From Cystobasidiomycetes sp. EMM_F5 (lineage: Eukaryota), in NCBI GenBank assembly GCA_051047955.1, contig JBPGPT010000037.1, forward strand, positions 1 to 64,000: a DNA stretch of 64,000 nucleotides. The letters run 5' to 3'. Below are positions 1 through 13,020 of the stretch, in pieces. Position 1 is the first letter of the stretch, and each line of letters starts with the position of its first letter. The notes beneath the pieces were generated by a model, which ran no database searches, was not told where the DNA came from, and saw only the letters and a program-made list of their open reading frames with translations. The position numbers and the translations under genes are program-made.

Positions 1-195
1 ACTTCTTTCCGTACCTCCCATTTCCCTCTTGCTCTTCTCTCTCTACTGTCTACTTTCTCACATTTCCTTCCTCCTCCTTCATGTCCCCACTGTAATCTTT
101 CTGTCTCTCAACTTCTTTCCGTGCCTCCCGTTTCCCTCTTGCTCTTCTCTCTCTACCGTCTACTTTCTCACATTTCCCTTCCTCATCCTCCATGT
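1..195. repeat. Pyrimidine-rich imperfect tandem repeat, period 110 bp, probably inside a chitin synthase intron
   Basis: Positions 1-70 (acttctttccgtacctcccatttccctcttgctc...) recur at 111-180 with a few substitutions. The tract is very C/T-rich and lies upstream of the acceptor-like gacAG at 327-328. Confidence 0.85.
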
Positions 196-328
196 ACCTT
201 CTCATCTTTTCTTGACTCTCTTCATTTCTCCTTACCTCATTCCCCCTCTTTCCGCGCGTTCTCTCGTTATGTAACAATTCGATCCGCATCCTCCGTTTTC
301 CGCCCTCACACTGTCTGAAACTCGACAG

Positions 329-3300
329 GCTACGTCGGGATCCAAGGCTGGATGTTTTCCGCCGTCAACGCGTCCAATACGATCAACGGCATCAACTTTC
401 AGACGCTGGCAAAGCAGCTGTCTGGGCAAGACGTGACTGACTTGTTTGATACTTCCGACCTGCAACCCAGCCAATGTTTGGGGCAGAGAGGATCGCATGC
501 TACGGTATCGCTCTGTTCCAACGGGACTTCTTCCGCGACAAATACGACTGCTGGAGCGTGTCCTCTGAGCAAGTTGACACCGGCCTACCTCACCTCTTTG
601 GGACTGAAAAACTCTACAAAACGCGTGGGATGGTCGTGGGATCAAGTGACAAAGTTTCCAAATTACATGGTCATTGACGGGATGGTGGTCAACATGTCGC
701 CTTACATTTCCGCCTACCCCCGTCCCAACCCGACCGATGCGGTAGACTTGGCCATCCGAACAGTCTTGTCCTCGAATCTATCCATTGCAGGTGGCAAAGA
801 TGCCACGCGCTTCTTCTTCAACAAGGGCAACATTGCAGATCAGGGACGGTGTATCGAATTTCGATATAGGGCAGGTCACATCGACAAGATTACACCCGGA
901 TGTTTTGCATCCCAACTGTTCCTCTACGTCTCGCTTGTCGTCATTCTCGCAGTCGTACTCGCTCGCTTCGTAATGGCCCTCATCTTTCACTGGTTCCTCT
1001 CGTCCAAACTCGTGGCGCCTCCCAAAAATCTTAAACGTAAAGTCATCTCGCCAGCAGTCATGCCTGCCGGTGCAAACACGTCAGTCAACAATAAGAATGG
1101 AGCGGCACCGTGGACGGCAGCTGCAAATGCTTCTCATCGCGCAAATACGGTGAAAAAGTCAAAGAATGGGCAGGGAAAGAATGGACAGGCGTTGATGGAT
1201 GAAAAGGCCTTGTCGAATGGAGGAGATGTGCAATCTGCCAACGGCAAAAAGGCACCAAATCTCGTCGACAGAAACGGCATGCTGTCCATGGCAGCCATCG
1301 GAGCGGAGCTGTTTTGTGCATGCCTAGTGACGTGCTACTCCGAAGGCGAGGAGAGCATACGCACCACACTCGACTCGATTGCAGCGACCGACTATGCCGA
1401 TTCGAGAAAGCTGCTGTTTGTAGTGTGCGATGGAATGATCACGGGATCGGGTGAAAAGGTTTCTACACCAGACATCTGTGTCGGCTTGCTCGATGCAGAT
1501 TCGAGATTCGATAATCCCCAGCCAATGTCGTACCTCGCCGTCGCAGCAGGCAGAAAACAGCATAATCAGGCAATGATCTACGCGGGTCATTATACGCAGG
1601 TCCGTGGCCATCGGACACCGTGCATAGTGGTCGTCAAGACTGGAACTACAGAAGAAGCACGAGATCCAAAACCAGGCAACAGGGGCAAACGCGATTCGCA
1701 AATGATTCTGATGAACTTCTTCTCGCGTGTCACCTACAATGACAGGATGACGCCTCTGGACTATGACTTGTTTCGCAAGTGTCAGGCCCTCATGGGCATC
1801 ACGCCCGACTTTTTCGAAGTGTGCCTCATGGTCGACGCGGACACAAAAGTCTTCCCAGACTCGCTCAAGCAACTTGTCAACTGCATGCAGTATGACAACA
1901 TGATCATGGGCGTGTGCGGCGAGACGCGCATTGCAAATAAACGACAGTCCTGGGTTACCGCCATTCAGGTCTACGAATACTACATTTCGCATCATCTGTC
2001 GAAAGCATTCGAGTCGGTCTTTGGTGGTGTCACTTGCTTGCCGGGCTGCTTCTCCATGTACCGCCTGAAAGCACGCAAGGCTGGAGATTCCGATTGGGTC
2101 CCCGTGCTCACACAGAGTACTATCTGTTCAGAATACTCGCAGAGCACGGTAGAGACTCTGCACGAAAAGAATCTACTTCTCCTTGGCGAAGACCGTTTCC
2201 TCACGACGCTCATGCTTCGAACCTTTCCGTGAGTCCAATGTAACAAGATCGAAGGTCGGAAAGACTGACATCGATGTTATACGAATAGACACCGCAAAAT
2301 GATGTTTTGCCCGCAAGCCAGGTGTAGAACGGTCGCTCCGGATACCTTCAAGGTGCTGCTGTCGCAAAGGCGCAGATGGATCAATTCGACTATTCACAAC
2401 TTGATGGAGCTGGTACGCGTACAAGACTTATGCGGCACATTCTGCTTCAGTATGCAATTCATGGTCTTCATGGACCTTGTCGGAACGGTCGTTTTGCGTA
2501 AGTAGCGCTCCCTTACTAGTCGACAGTAGCGTATATCTGATTATCCTTCGCCAATCCAGCCGTTGCTATCTGCCTGACATATTCCCTAGTCATTCAATCC
2601 ATAATACATCCGCCACAGCAATTCTCCGATGCCATTCCGCTCCTCCTCCTCGCCGCCGTTCTCGGCTTACCGGCTCTGCTCATTCTCATGGCGACTGGCA
2701 AAATTGTCTACGTGTCATGGATGCTTATCTACCTCGTCTCACTGCCAATATGGAATTTTGTGCTTCCCCTCTATTCCTTCTGGCACTTTGACGACTTTAG
2801 CTGGGGCCAGACGAGGATGGTTGCTGGTGAGAAGAAGGAGACTGGAGGCGGTCATGGCGATAAAGTTGGCGATACAATTGAAGTTAATGCGGTTCCGCTT
2901 AGGAGATGGGAGGACTGGGAACGTTCTCGGATACGTAAGATTAAGCGAGAAAACAAGCGCAAGAATGAGTTTCAACGCGCATTCGGCACACGCAGCTTCT
3001 ATGATAGCAATACGCTATCTACGTATGAAGCCAGCGAAACAGCATCCATGTTCAGCAGCGAGGATGATCGATGGGGTCTGCAGATTGGGCAATATGCCGA
3101 GGAACCCGTCGGAAGCTTGCCTCCTGTCGGCTTATACCAAGTCGACGACGGCGCAAGCGAAGGCGGCGAGACTGTCAGAGCTGAACAGCTTGAAGCTATG
3201 CTGGAAGAAGGCTGGGACGACGATGATACCGTGCAAGAGAACCCTACGAACTCGTCTGGCGCCCTCAATCGCTATCCCAACCAGCCCCTTTACCAGGCTC

Positions 3301-3674
3301 AGCATTTCAATAACGGCAGCATTTCCTCCCCTTCGCCGTCGTCTGGCTACTATGCCAGCAACCACCAGCAGTATCAGTATCAAGCCACACCTGTCCGGAT
3401 GTATCAGTTGTCCGACGACCGTAACAATGGCGTGAGCAGTGACTCTAATAGCTCGTTAACGAAATTCGTGCAAGATCCGAACCAGTCATCCGGCTCCATC
3501 AGCGCGCCGATATCACCGCAAAGACTAGATTACGACGGGGGAGCGAGATACGATCAAAGCTACTACCCGCCTGCCCCTGCACCAGCGCGCGACGGTCCCC
3601 ATGCATCAGGATTTGCAGCGAGACCTGAAGGAAGGGGGCACGTCAAGCGAAGATCCGCAGGAGGCTCTTCATGA
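329..3674 (+). CDS. Chitin synthase, division 2 (class IV/Chs3-like); 5' exons outside the window
   Basis: Motifs [41 protein letters not shown] and WHFDDFSWG occur across ORFs 352-2232, 2299-2505 and 2688-3674, joined by short introns near 2229-2288 and 2498-2558. Confidence 0.95.
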
Positions 3675-3959
3675 CTATCAGTTAGTACCGTTTCAATTGC
3701 AACAGCTGTTCCATCTAGTAGTCGTCCTTGTAGATGCATATAGCGCGTGTTACATCATCGTTTCAGTTGCATTCAGCTTCAGCATTTTATAGGTTTGCCC
3801 TGTAAAAGTTTCTTTCAAACCATGGAATACGAAATGCTATACGAAGGGACGAAGAACCTGAAGCGCGTGCGATTTTGGATGCTTATATGGCGACTGCTGC
3901 CCCAGATGCTCAACTAGCGATGTGACTACAAACGACAGATTGCACAGCGTGCCTGAGAA

Positions 3960-5894
3960 TCATGAAATGGTCGGGTCTATACTTCTAGAGCTGTCCATGA
4001 AATAGTCGACAATCTCCTCGGTGACTTTTGCACGAGACTAGAGAATGGAACGTATCAGCCCGCCGGCGATTGACGTCCTTGCCGTCCACTACAGCTTACC
4101 TCCTGGAAGTCCTTCACTACCTTCTGCATGACGGCAATGCACTTCTGCTTCATCTCACCCGTCAGCAGCGTACCAGCTCGGTAATCGTCTGCAATCTTGC
4201 GCAATTCCTCGTCGTCGTCGATAAAGAAGCTCATGTATTGATAGGGGACATCGACGTCGGGATTTCCGCCCAGTCGTCGGTGCTCTTCGGCAGTAGCCTG
4301 ACCGCCGGAGAATGCACCCTTGTTAATCTTGTCTTTGACCTGTTTGGGCGTATCTGTCATGAATATTGACTTGTCCAAGCTGGACGCAGACATTTTTGAG
4401 CCAGAACCTTGAAGGGCAGGAAAGAATTTCGAGTGTAACAACGCTGGCTTCTGGTACTTGAGTGGACCGGCGATACCACGGGTCAGGCGGAAGTACGGAT
4501 CTTGATCAATTGCACAAGGAATCAGGCAAGGAATATTGCTTTGAGTGCCGTATATTTGAGGGAAGGAGTTGCTGAAGGACGGTGCGGCCTGTATGGCAAC
4601 AAAGTGACCTTTACCAATGTTATCGCTGTCCACCAAACCGAAAGTAGCACGACATTGGCTGTATGTGAGCTGACGAGCAATCCTAACGACATTCCTGTAA
4701 AACGCGCCGCCCATATAGTCTAGATCGGAGAAGATGAATGTCTTTTCAGGTATAAAGCCGCATGCGATGATATCCTTGGCATTCGCTCGACAGTACTTTT
4801 GCACGTCCTCAATCTTGAGCTTGGGTTTTACGAGGAACTTCTCATCGTCGGTCATCTGTATGACAAGAGGACAATTGAACACGCGCTGTAACCAGCTGCG
4901 GATCGGACCCAGGTGTAAGAATGTGTTCAAGACCGCGAACTTCAGAAGACGTACGCAGTGAAGAGAAAGGGCGTAAGATGACCAATATGCATACTGTCGC
5001 TACTAGGCCCGCGACCAGTGTAGAGGAAAAAAGGCTTCTTCTGCTCGTATCGGTCTAGTATCCGCTCAAAATCACTGCGAATGGCGAGGTATCACAAAGA
5101 GCGAACCACAATTCCCAGCTCTGTCCACCTACCGGTGCGAGTAAAACATGCCGCGCCGTAAGAGCAGATGCGGTTTGTGGCCAGTCAATTGTTCAAACCT
5201 TTGCAACAGCGGTTCGTCTATACGTTGGGTCCCAAAATCACGGACAAGCTTCTCGTAATCTATAGCCATTTGTATGCCATCCACGATGGCGCCCTCGACA
5301 TCCCACGGCGTTACCAGTTGCTCTGCCCCTTTGGCTGCAGCTGGTCTCGTAGAGCTATCCGCAGGCAGTTTGGATGTCGATGCGGCAGTGTCGACTTGTT
5401 GCACGAGAGCAGATGTAGACGATGTAGTGGACGGCAGGATTGCGTGTTGTGGGGGAGGAGGGGAAGATAGTGCTTCTGGTAACACATCCTTGCCATCTGA
5501 TTGCGGCCTGGAACGTCGATGTCAGATTCGATTCGGGATAAGCGACACTGATACGAAACGAATGCCAACTTCGTCATGACACCCACACTGGTCCAGGCGT
5601 AAGGGTTCCATCCGCTCTCCGGGCTGCTCTCCCGACGTGCTCTGGCTCTGGCAGATGCAAGCTCGAGATGGCTTCCGTTATGTTCGTCGTTCTGCCTTCG
5701 TCCAATCTACGCCGTTCAGACTCGCTCAGCACGGATGGCTCCTCGAGCTCGAGCTTGGACAGGTCGCTGTTGACTCGTCGTAGCGACTCTGCGTTGAGCT
5801 TGTCGGCCTCGTTGGCCAGCAGGACTGAGGGTGCGGGCAGGTCGAGCGTAGACAGCTTCCGGACATGCTCGTTGGCGTGTCTGTCGGTGGACAT
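3960..5894 (-). CDS. WRS1: Cytoplasmic tryptophanyl-tRNA synthetase (spliced)
   Basis: [44 protein letters not shown] and AFSGG motifs. Start (5894) and stop (3960-3962) were inferred by manual splicing. Confidence 0.95.
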
Positions 5895-6080
5895 GGTGCT
5901 TGGGCCGGGAAAAGGTAGAGATGTGTTTGTATGTTTCAGCTTTTGGCATTGTGACAATAATCAAGCAATATTATTTATTCAAATATCCAAGACATGGAGC
6001 ATTCTGCTTGATCTGATTATGCATTCACGCCGGCAAGGGTGACCGTAGGAAGCCAGTAGAGCTGCTCGGCGTCGTCAATC

Positions 6081-7290
6081 ATGAACGCAGCCGGGCGGAC
6101 CGCCTTTACGTTGCGTCCGGCAATATCACAGAGCCTGCCAACTAGGGTATGCCATCGTCCAGCATCGTCCACAGCTTCCGCAAAATGGCCGCCATCATCG
6201 AAATCTAGAGTACTGCGATGGAGTCTGTTCGGGTTTGGCACTGGCACGGCAGCAGCAGCATCCAACAGCACTCTGGAAACCGCAGCGGAATACATACCAC
6301 AGGTAATTTCAAACTTCACGTCTTTCCACCTTTCACCTCTTGTCCTTGCTGCAGCTCATAGCTGCTTTTTTGCTCGTCCAGTAGATTTCGCCAGATCTCC
6401 TGCCGTGGTTGCTAGCCCTGATAGTGGCAGCTCGGGACGACGAGGACGGCAATGGCGGCAGTAACAACCAGCAACGTCCGCTCAGACCTTACACAGTCGA
6501 CGAGATGCCCGGCAAAGGCAAAGGAGCTACAGCTTCCCGATACATTGCCCGAGGGGAAGTTATCATCTCCGAAAGACCGCTGCTCGTTTGGCCGTCTCAA
6601 CTGGACGCCTCGAGAGCTAGAGAGCTGATCGACGGACTCACTGAGCCTGCCCGGAAAGCGTATCTATCACTTGCAAATGCTTCAGAGCCTGGCTCAAACC
6701 TCGATCCTATCCTCGGCATCCGGGCAACCAATGGCTTCTCTGTAGAATTACCGAGTCTTCCAGACAAGCTCGTTCCAGCTACACTCCTCGCACCGCGTCC
6801 ATCTGTCGCTTCATTCATCTTTCCCGATATCGCTCGCATCAATCACTCTTGTGCGCCATGCGCAGATCACAGCATAGACTGGAGCAAGCTCAAGATGACA
6901 GTCTACGCGACGACAGACATCCCTTCCGGCTCTGAGATTACCATCGAGTACATGCCAGCACTGCTCCAGATGAGCAGAGACGAGCGGAGAAGGGTGCTCA
7001 AGCGGGACTTTGGATTCATCTGTCAATGTCAAGTCTGCTCATTACAAGGGCAAGACTTGGAGAAGAGTGACAGTCGGCGGAACGAGATTGATACGATCGT
7101 CGGAGTACTGGGGGATGGGCAGTTGAGCAGGGCACAAATGTGGCTCGCTCTCGAGAAGCTCGAGTCAGTCATTGCGGAAGAAGGCTACAAGGCCATGCCA
7201 GAATTTGACAATGCCAAAGTCAGTACCGCATATGTGGGGTATCTTAGCATCAAGCGACAGAAAGCAGAGTCTGGTAATACGGCTTCGTGA
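6081..7290 (+). CDS. SET-domain lysine methyltransferase-like protein (SMYD/SET5-like)
   Basis: GKGKGATA..IARGEVIISERP, ARINHSC.P, GSEITIEY and post-SET FICQCQVC. First intron about 6303-6384; the N-terminus is ambiguous. Confidence 0.85.
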
Positions 7291-7530
7291 TGTCCTAGAT
7301 CCAATGTCGCAGCAGCTTCATCCAAGCAGTGCTCTATGAGGTGTAGATTTAAAGAATGGATTTAGCGAGTGCAAGATCGCATGCGCATTCTACATTTGCT
7401 CGCACTGCACGAATACAATTGTGCCCGGGCTTCCCCACCATCAAGTCATATCTAACTCACAATAAACTGCAGACTGGCGGGTCTTCGCTTGCTTCGCAGA
7501 ATAACTGCTCCACATTCGTCAAGATCCATC

Positions 7531-9283
7531 ATGTCGTCGAGTGACGCTGTGCAGACTGCCAAAGCCGTCGCTGCAAAGAAGAATATCGTCATTGACCCGG
7601 AGGTCGTGCGGAAGCGACGAGCTGAAAAGGCAGCTCAGCGGGCATCAGCTGAAGCGGCAGCCGTTACAAACAAGGACAGCGTAACGGCAGATGCTGCCTC
7701 GCCTGCCCATATGGGCTTCATGCCGCGTCCAATGGTTGACGTTACGCAAAGCGAAGCAGGGCCATCGAATGTTCGGATAAAGCTAATGACCTGGAATGTG
7801 AGAGGCTCCTTCAATCTGCGGTCTTTCATGCTAGCTGATGGTGTCCCAGCTATTAGCGCAATGTCTGGTGCGCCGCGAACTATTCCCTGGGAGTGACCTC
7901 ATGAAATTTAAGGACCGCGCTCCTGTCATGTAAGTCATGCTGTCCTGCTTGCTGTTTCGTACACTCGTACACTAACGCTTCCCTTCAGAGAAAAAGAATT
8001 TCTCCATTATGCACCAGACATAGCTTGCTTACAAGAAGTTGATAAAATCGAACATCACGGTCCGATATTCCAAAAAGCAGGCTACGCCTACAAATACACC
8101 ACAGTCTACGATTCGAAGAAGCACGGCTTGTGTATTCTGTGGAAGAAAAGCGCGTTTGAATATATCGGCGAAAGAATCGTCAGACTGGATGATGCGGAGA
8201 TTGGACGGCGAGGTAGAACCGAAAGCAAGCGGACGGCCTGCAGCAGAGTGACACGTAATGCTGGCCTACTCGTAGCGCTAAAGAGCACTGCCGGTCATTC
8301 TGGGGTCATACTATGTACCCACCATCTCTTTTGGCATGCAAGACACGTGTATGAGCGGGCGAGGCAATGCGCCATCTTATTAACGGAGATCAGCAACTTC
8401 CGGGAGGTAAATCCTGAATGGCAATCGTATCCATGCTTCTTCACAGGAGGTGAGACTCTTTTGCAGTGATGCAAGCAGGCGAGAGCGCTCAAAGCTGATT
8501 GCGAGTACTGTAGACTTCAACATTCAACCCAGTGAAGCTACTTATCGCTTGTTGACGGGCGTAGCGCTTTCACCGGAGATGATAGACGAGCTCCGGTACT
8601 CCACGGTTGTTCATTCGTCTCTCGATAAATACCTTGCCAAACAGGCTGCTTTAGCTGCATGCGAAAATGTAGCTTCTCAGCCTAACGAGGATGACGGCAC
8701 CGACGTTGAGAGCAACGATAAAGACGATCAGCAATCTAGCGTCGTGTACGCGCAGCCCGAAGGAGACGAGGACAGAGTGTTGAAAAACACAAGGCCAGCC
8801 AAACCAGAAGACGGTTTGCTAACGCTCGAAGAGCTTCAAGAGGTGTACAGACCCTGGAATGGTCGCTTAACATCCGCATACGGCTCGTACGGCTGGCGTA
8901 TGCTAAACGAGAGGGGCAATTATTTCGGAGAACGGAATGAGCAGGTCGAAGCAGAAACAGAGTACGCGCCAACGAATGAGAATGCCCCTGACATTGCCAA
9001 GGTACGCGAAGGTTACTATGAACCCGCCTATACCAACAGTAAGATCTCCGTTTCTTACAAGAAGCATCTCCGACGACTAATTTGCATGCCGCACCACCCA
9101 GTCACGCCGCTTTGGCGCTGCACTCTCGATTACATTTTCATTGTCGCATCTCCTTCGGCGGACAAGGTCACGGTCCGTAGGTTGTTGCCTACGCATCGCC
9201 TCGCGCTCATGGAACCGGGTCTTCCACGCCAAGGAAAAGAGCCTTCTGATCACATGCCGATGATGGTAGAGGTCGAATGGTAA
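7531..9283 (+). CDS. Ngl/Angel (CCR4-like) EEP-family nuclease/phosphatase
   Basis: MTWN|LLAQCLVRRELFP, DIACLQEVD, THHLFW, GG|DFN, TLDYIF and EPSDH motifs over about 5 exons. Confidence 0.9.
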
Positions 9284-9380
9284 CGAGCGGCTCTAGAGTC
9301 TCGCCTGCATCTCAGTTGCATTTCGACGAGCTCTAGCCATGTATTTGTTGTTGTAACCAACAAGTCGGCGAAGCAGGACG

Positions 9381-10050
9381 CTACGCCTCTCCTTCCACGT
9401 GTTGAGTAGATCTCGTTTTACCAGACGGTACTACTCTGTTCTCCTTCCCTGCCCGCACAGTTGGATCTGTTGGTTTGTAGCCCAAGCGAGCTCTCATCCA
9501 CTTAGACAGTTGTTGGCCAGCGGTATACGGCACTGCTCCTCCGCGTCGTTGTATCAAATCGCTGAGAGGCTTGGGCATCCCAGAGTCGTGTATAGGTTTT
9601 GCAGGTTTGGGAAGGCTCTTTGGCGAGGGGGTTCTGCGAGCGATGCGCAGAACGGAGCTGGCTGCCCGCCGCGCGGCTGTTTTAAAGCCTCTTGTAATCT
9701 CCGAATAGCAGTATGGACAAATATTGTGCATCCGTTTCGCTCGTCCGCAACTTGAGCAGGTAACGACGTCTGTGAGGGGATTATATCGAAATTGTCAGTG
9801 ATCCTCAAGGCCAGGTCTGAGCAAGACCCGCGAGACGTAACGCACTGAACTTCTCTTTGAGGCCCTTGTTGGCACTGCGCATGCTCTTGCGGGAGTGCGA
9901 TACCTTGCTTTTGGGGACCGCCAGAACGATGGGCGGAAACAGATCTAGCAGGCCAGCAGGATGCTGCCAAAGTCTTTGAAAGACCTGCCGGAGGCCTGCG
10001 AGCGGCGTAGGGAGTACTGAAGACCCGGCATGGAGGGTAAGTGCAGCCAT
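9381..10050 (-). CDS. MRPL32: Mitochondrial ribosomal protein bL32m
   Basis: AVPKSKVSHSRKSMRS followed, after one intron, by the Zn-ribbon C..CGRAKRMHNICPYC; presequence-like N-terminus. Confidence 0.9.
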
Positions 10051-10268
10051 AGTGCAAAGCTGGTGCTGGTCCAAGATTTCGCAGCGAACGGCTCAGGCTT
10101 GAATGCAGGCAATCGGCGTACCGACACATCAAGGCGAACTATGGCAGAATTGCTGCATGCGAATGAAAGATGATACGGCTACAACGACTGACTTGTTTAT
10201 ACCTGCCTCTTACCCGAGTGACTAATGATTATTGGAGGAATACTTTGAACAAATCCAACAGCAACACC

Positions 10269-11965
10269 TCACAGCCTGGCCTGTAGGGGGACTTGCTCGG
10301 TAGATTGCGACTGACTGCGGATCCATTCATCTCTCATGCGCCTCAGCATCTGTGCACGATCTCGCTGCCATTGCTCGAGATCCCAGTTTTGCAGGTCAAT
10401 GGAGAAGAGCTGCTTGTCGAGCTGGGTCATGCTTTGCTGAAGCTCAAGAGTCTTGTGTGACGATCCTATAGGAGGCTGTACCCCAAACAACTGATGTTGG
10501 ACCGTCTTATTAGCCTTGAATGATAGTAGTACAAAGACGAATAGACAGACTTACCATGAATACCTTAGCCAGACCCCTCTGCTTCATAAAGGGAATTGGC
10601 TCGAATCTCTGCTTCGGGATCAGACTTCCAGTCTGCTCAAAGATACTAGCAATGCTCTGTGGATTGAGTGTTCCCGCGTTGGCATTGACCGGTCCTTGCG
10701 TCCCGGCTGCGGTATGCGCCAAAAGTCCAGAGACAACATAGTCTACCGGCACTTCGTCAAACAGATTGGATCCATCGGTGCAATGAGGAAGTGCGCTATG
10801 AATCATGGTGGAAGATGAGGGGAGCTTCATGGCCATTGCATGAAAATTGACCATCGGCATAGAAGTGACAACAGTCCATTGCGGAGCAGGCTCGCTCATG
10901 CTTTACACGAGCAGCATTAGTCATACTGGTCACATGTACACATCATCACTTACGCAGGACCAATAGACGATGGACGAAAGAAGCAGGTGCGGAGCTCTGG
11001 ATACCGGAGCGCAACTAGGCGTTCTGCCAGATGCTTTGTGTAAGAGTAGTTCATGAGGAACCTTTCTGGTACGTTGATGATGAGCTCTTCTCTCTCGATT
11101 GCATCGAGCTCCGCTTCAGTCGATGGCCAAATATCTAGCGTCTCGCCAACCTTCGAATAACAGGTCTGTGAGAACAGTGATGAGAGATGCACCTGGCAGA
11201 ATAGACTGTCAGCTTCTTCCATCATCAAGGCACGTGAAGGCTGACTTACATATCGTTCAAGCTGCATGCATTGACGAGCAAAGTCGGCAGCCCGCAATGC
11301 GCCAAAGATGTTGATGTTTGCAAGCTTGTGCACCGGTTTTACAAGTGATATGTCAGCAGCGCCGTGCATGAAGATGTGGGCTTCACGCTTCACTGTCCGG
11401 GCGTCTTGGAACGATAGGCCCATGTGAGGCTCGGCTGAACCGACATCGCCGACCATAGCGTAGACTTTCTGACTATTGATGAGCATACGTGCAGCAGAAA
11501 GAGGGAGGTGCTCCATCCATTGTGCGTGAAGCCTTGCTTGGGCGGCTGCGCGAGACCCAGATGCTTCCCGGACAAGAGCGTAGATAGTTGCGACGCCAGT
11601 ACATCGCACAAGCTTCTCACAGGTCGCCATGCCAAGCATGCCACTATCGAGGTCACTCGCGTCAGTATTGGAGCGGGCAGGAAGGCCAACAGGCTTTGTA
11701 TGGAAGCGAGCCGGCTCATGGGAAAAGCTCACGTTGCACCGGTCATGAAGACAGTCTTGCCAGCGTAGAAGTCCGCTATGGGAGATCTGGGTATAGCTTC
11801 ATGACGAACGAGATAGTCGTCATGCCCATCGTTTACTATATAAAGGATACAATCAGACTTGATTGAGGCCCAAATCGAACCGAACTGACTCTGAACATAA
11901 CCGCCGCTGTTGGCAGACGACACAGTGGATAAGGAGCTCTCGTGGGATCGGTTGTGTGATGACAT
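10269..11965 (-). CDS. Fatty acyl-CoA reductase-like protein (NAD_binding_4/male-sterility extended SDR), copy 1; ends -ARL
   Basis: FYAGKTVFMTGAT|GMLG Rossmann motif, HGAADIS, NIFG, YSYTKHLAE (YxxxK), RPSSIGPA, DEVPVDYVV and FAR_C-like DKQLFSIDL. Start uncertain. Confidence 0.85.
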
Positions 11966-12094
11966 AGTGGAAGGAGGTGCTCGATAGTAGGGTTAGTTGC
12001 AGATGCTGGGGGGGATGTGATGCAAAGAGAGCAGAGAAAAGAGCGTGAGCTGAAAAGCCGGTTAGGCCGCAGGCCAATGTCAAGTGAGAGCTGG

Positions 12095-12623
12095 TGACAG
12101 AACAGGTTGCTTGACAGATGTCCACCGAACACGGCCTTCAATCATTCCCGGCTGACCAGAGCCGACAGCGGAGTGCCACCCCGCCCAGGCCCTCGAAAAC
12201 CGTTCAAAGAGCAAGAACAGTGGAATAATGTCGCTTTTCGTCCGAGTCCACGGTGCGCGCCGGCAGGATCTGCGCATCATCTGAGTTGCGGTCCAGCCTC
12301 GGCGGTGATGATTGAATTGCACCAAACGTTACGAGGTCAGACGCAACCTAGCCGGTCTATATCTCAGACGCGTAAAGCCGTGAGCTAGACTTCGCCATTC
12401 TTCTGCATGTGAGTGTCTTCACGTAGGAACTCTCGAGCCTTGACAGCTGACTTCTCGCGCATGTTGTGTATTTTGTGCTTCCACACTGGTCTATTTGTGC
12501 GCATGCCATTTCAACCCCAGCCTATGTCGCTCAGCGAACGTCATAGTTGTCTAGCGTGTATCAGCTGTCAGTGCTAGGTAACCTTGATATTGTGCAACGG
12601 CAGCGGCAGTGACAGATTGACAG
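12095..12623. promoter_or_regulatory. Cluster of six TGACAG/CTGTCA hexamers upstream of reductase copy 1
   Basis: TGACAG at 12095, 12112, 12441, 12610 and 12618, and CTGTCA at 12565. A regulatory role is inferred only. Confidence 0.4.
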
Positions 12624-13020
12624 CGTCCAACCTCAGCGACAGCTCAGCGGCCAAAGCCATTCATTCATCACCGTAGTAACCTTCTCATGATGTTTGAATA
12701 CGTTGCGCGTATAGGAGGAGGGTGCAAACTTGTGTAGGCCAGTGATGACTGGTTGGAGCAGGTTACAAATTGGGTCCACCCGGCCGGCCGATCTTGAAAA
12801 GCTACTACTACAGCCAAGATACCTTCACGCAGCTAGTAACACATTCTGCGATAAGCTTGGTTCTAAATATAAACGACACTTGCTTTCGAACGTTGTATGA
12901 AAATTTGGCATAGCGTCTTCGTTTTCCCCGCATGGTCCCGAGTCTGTCCTTCCTGCCACTACCCTTTGGGACCGCTGCGTAATTTTGCTGGAAGAAGCGG
13001 AGATCATGCTGCTTTCCCAA

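Noticed and set aside
29..318. ORFs 29-274 (+), 50-289 (-) and 121-318 (+)
   Set aside because: Low-complexity translations of the CT-rich tract, which naturally lacks stop codons; no protein motif.
12741..12830. C-box-like GTGATGA suggesting a C/D snoRNA
   Set aside because: No suitably spaced CTGA D box or terminal stem.
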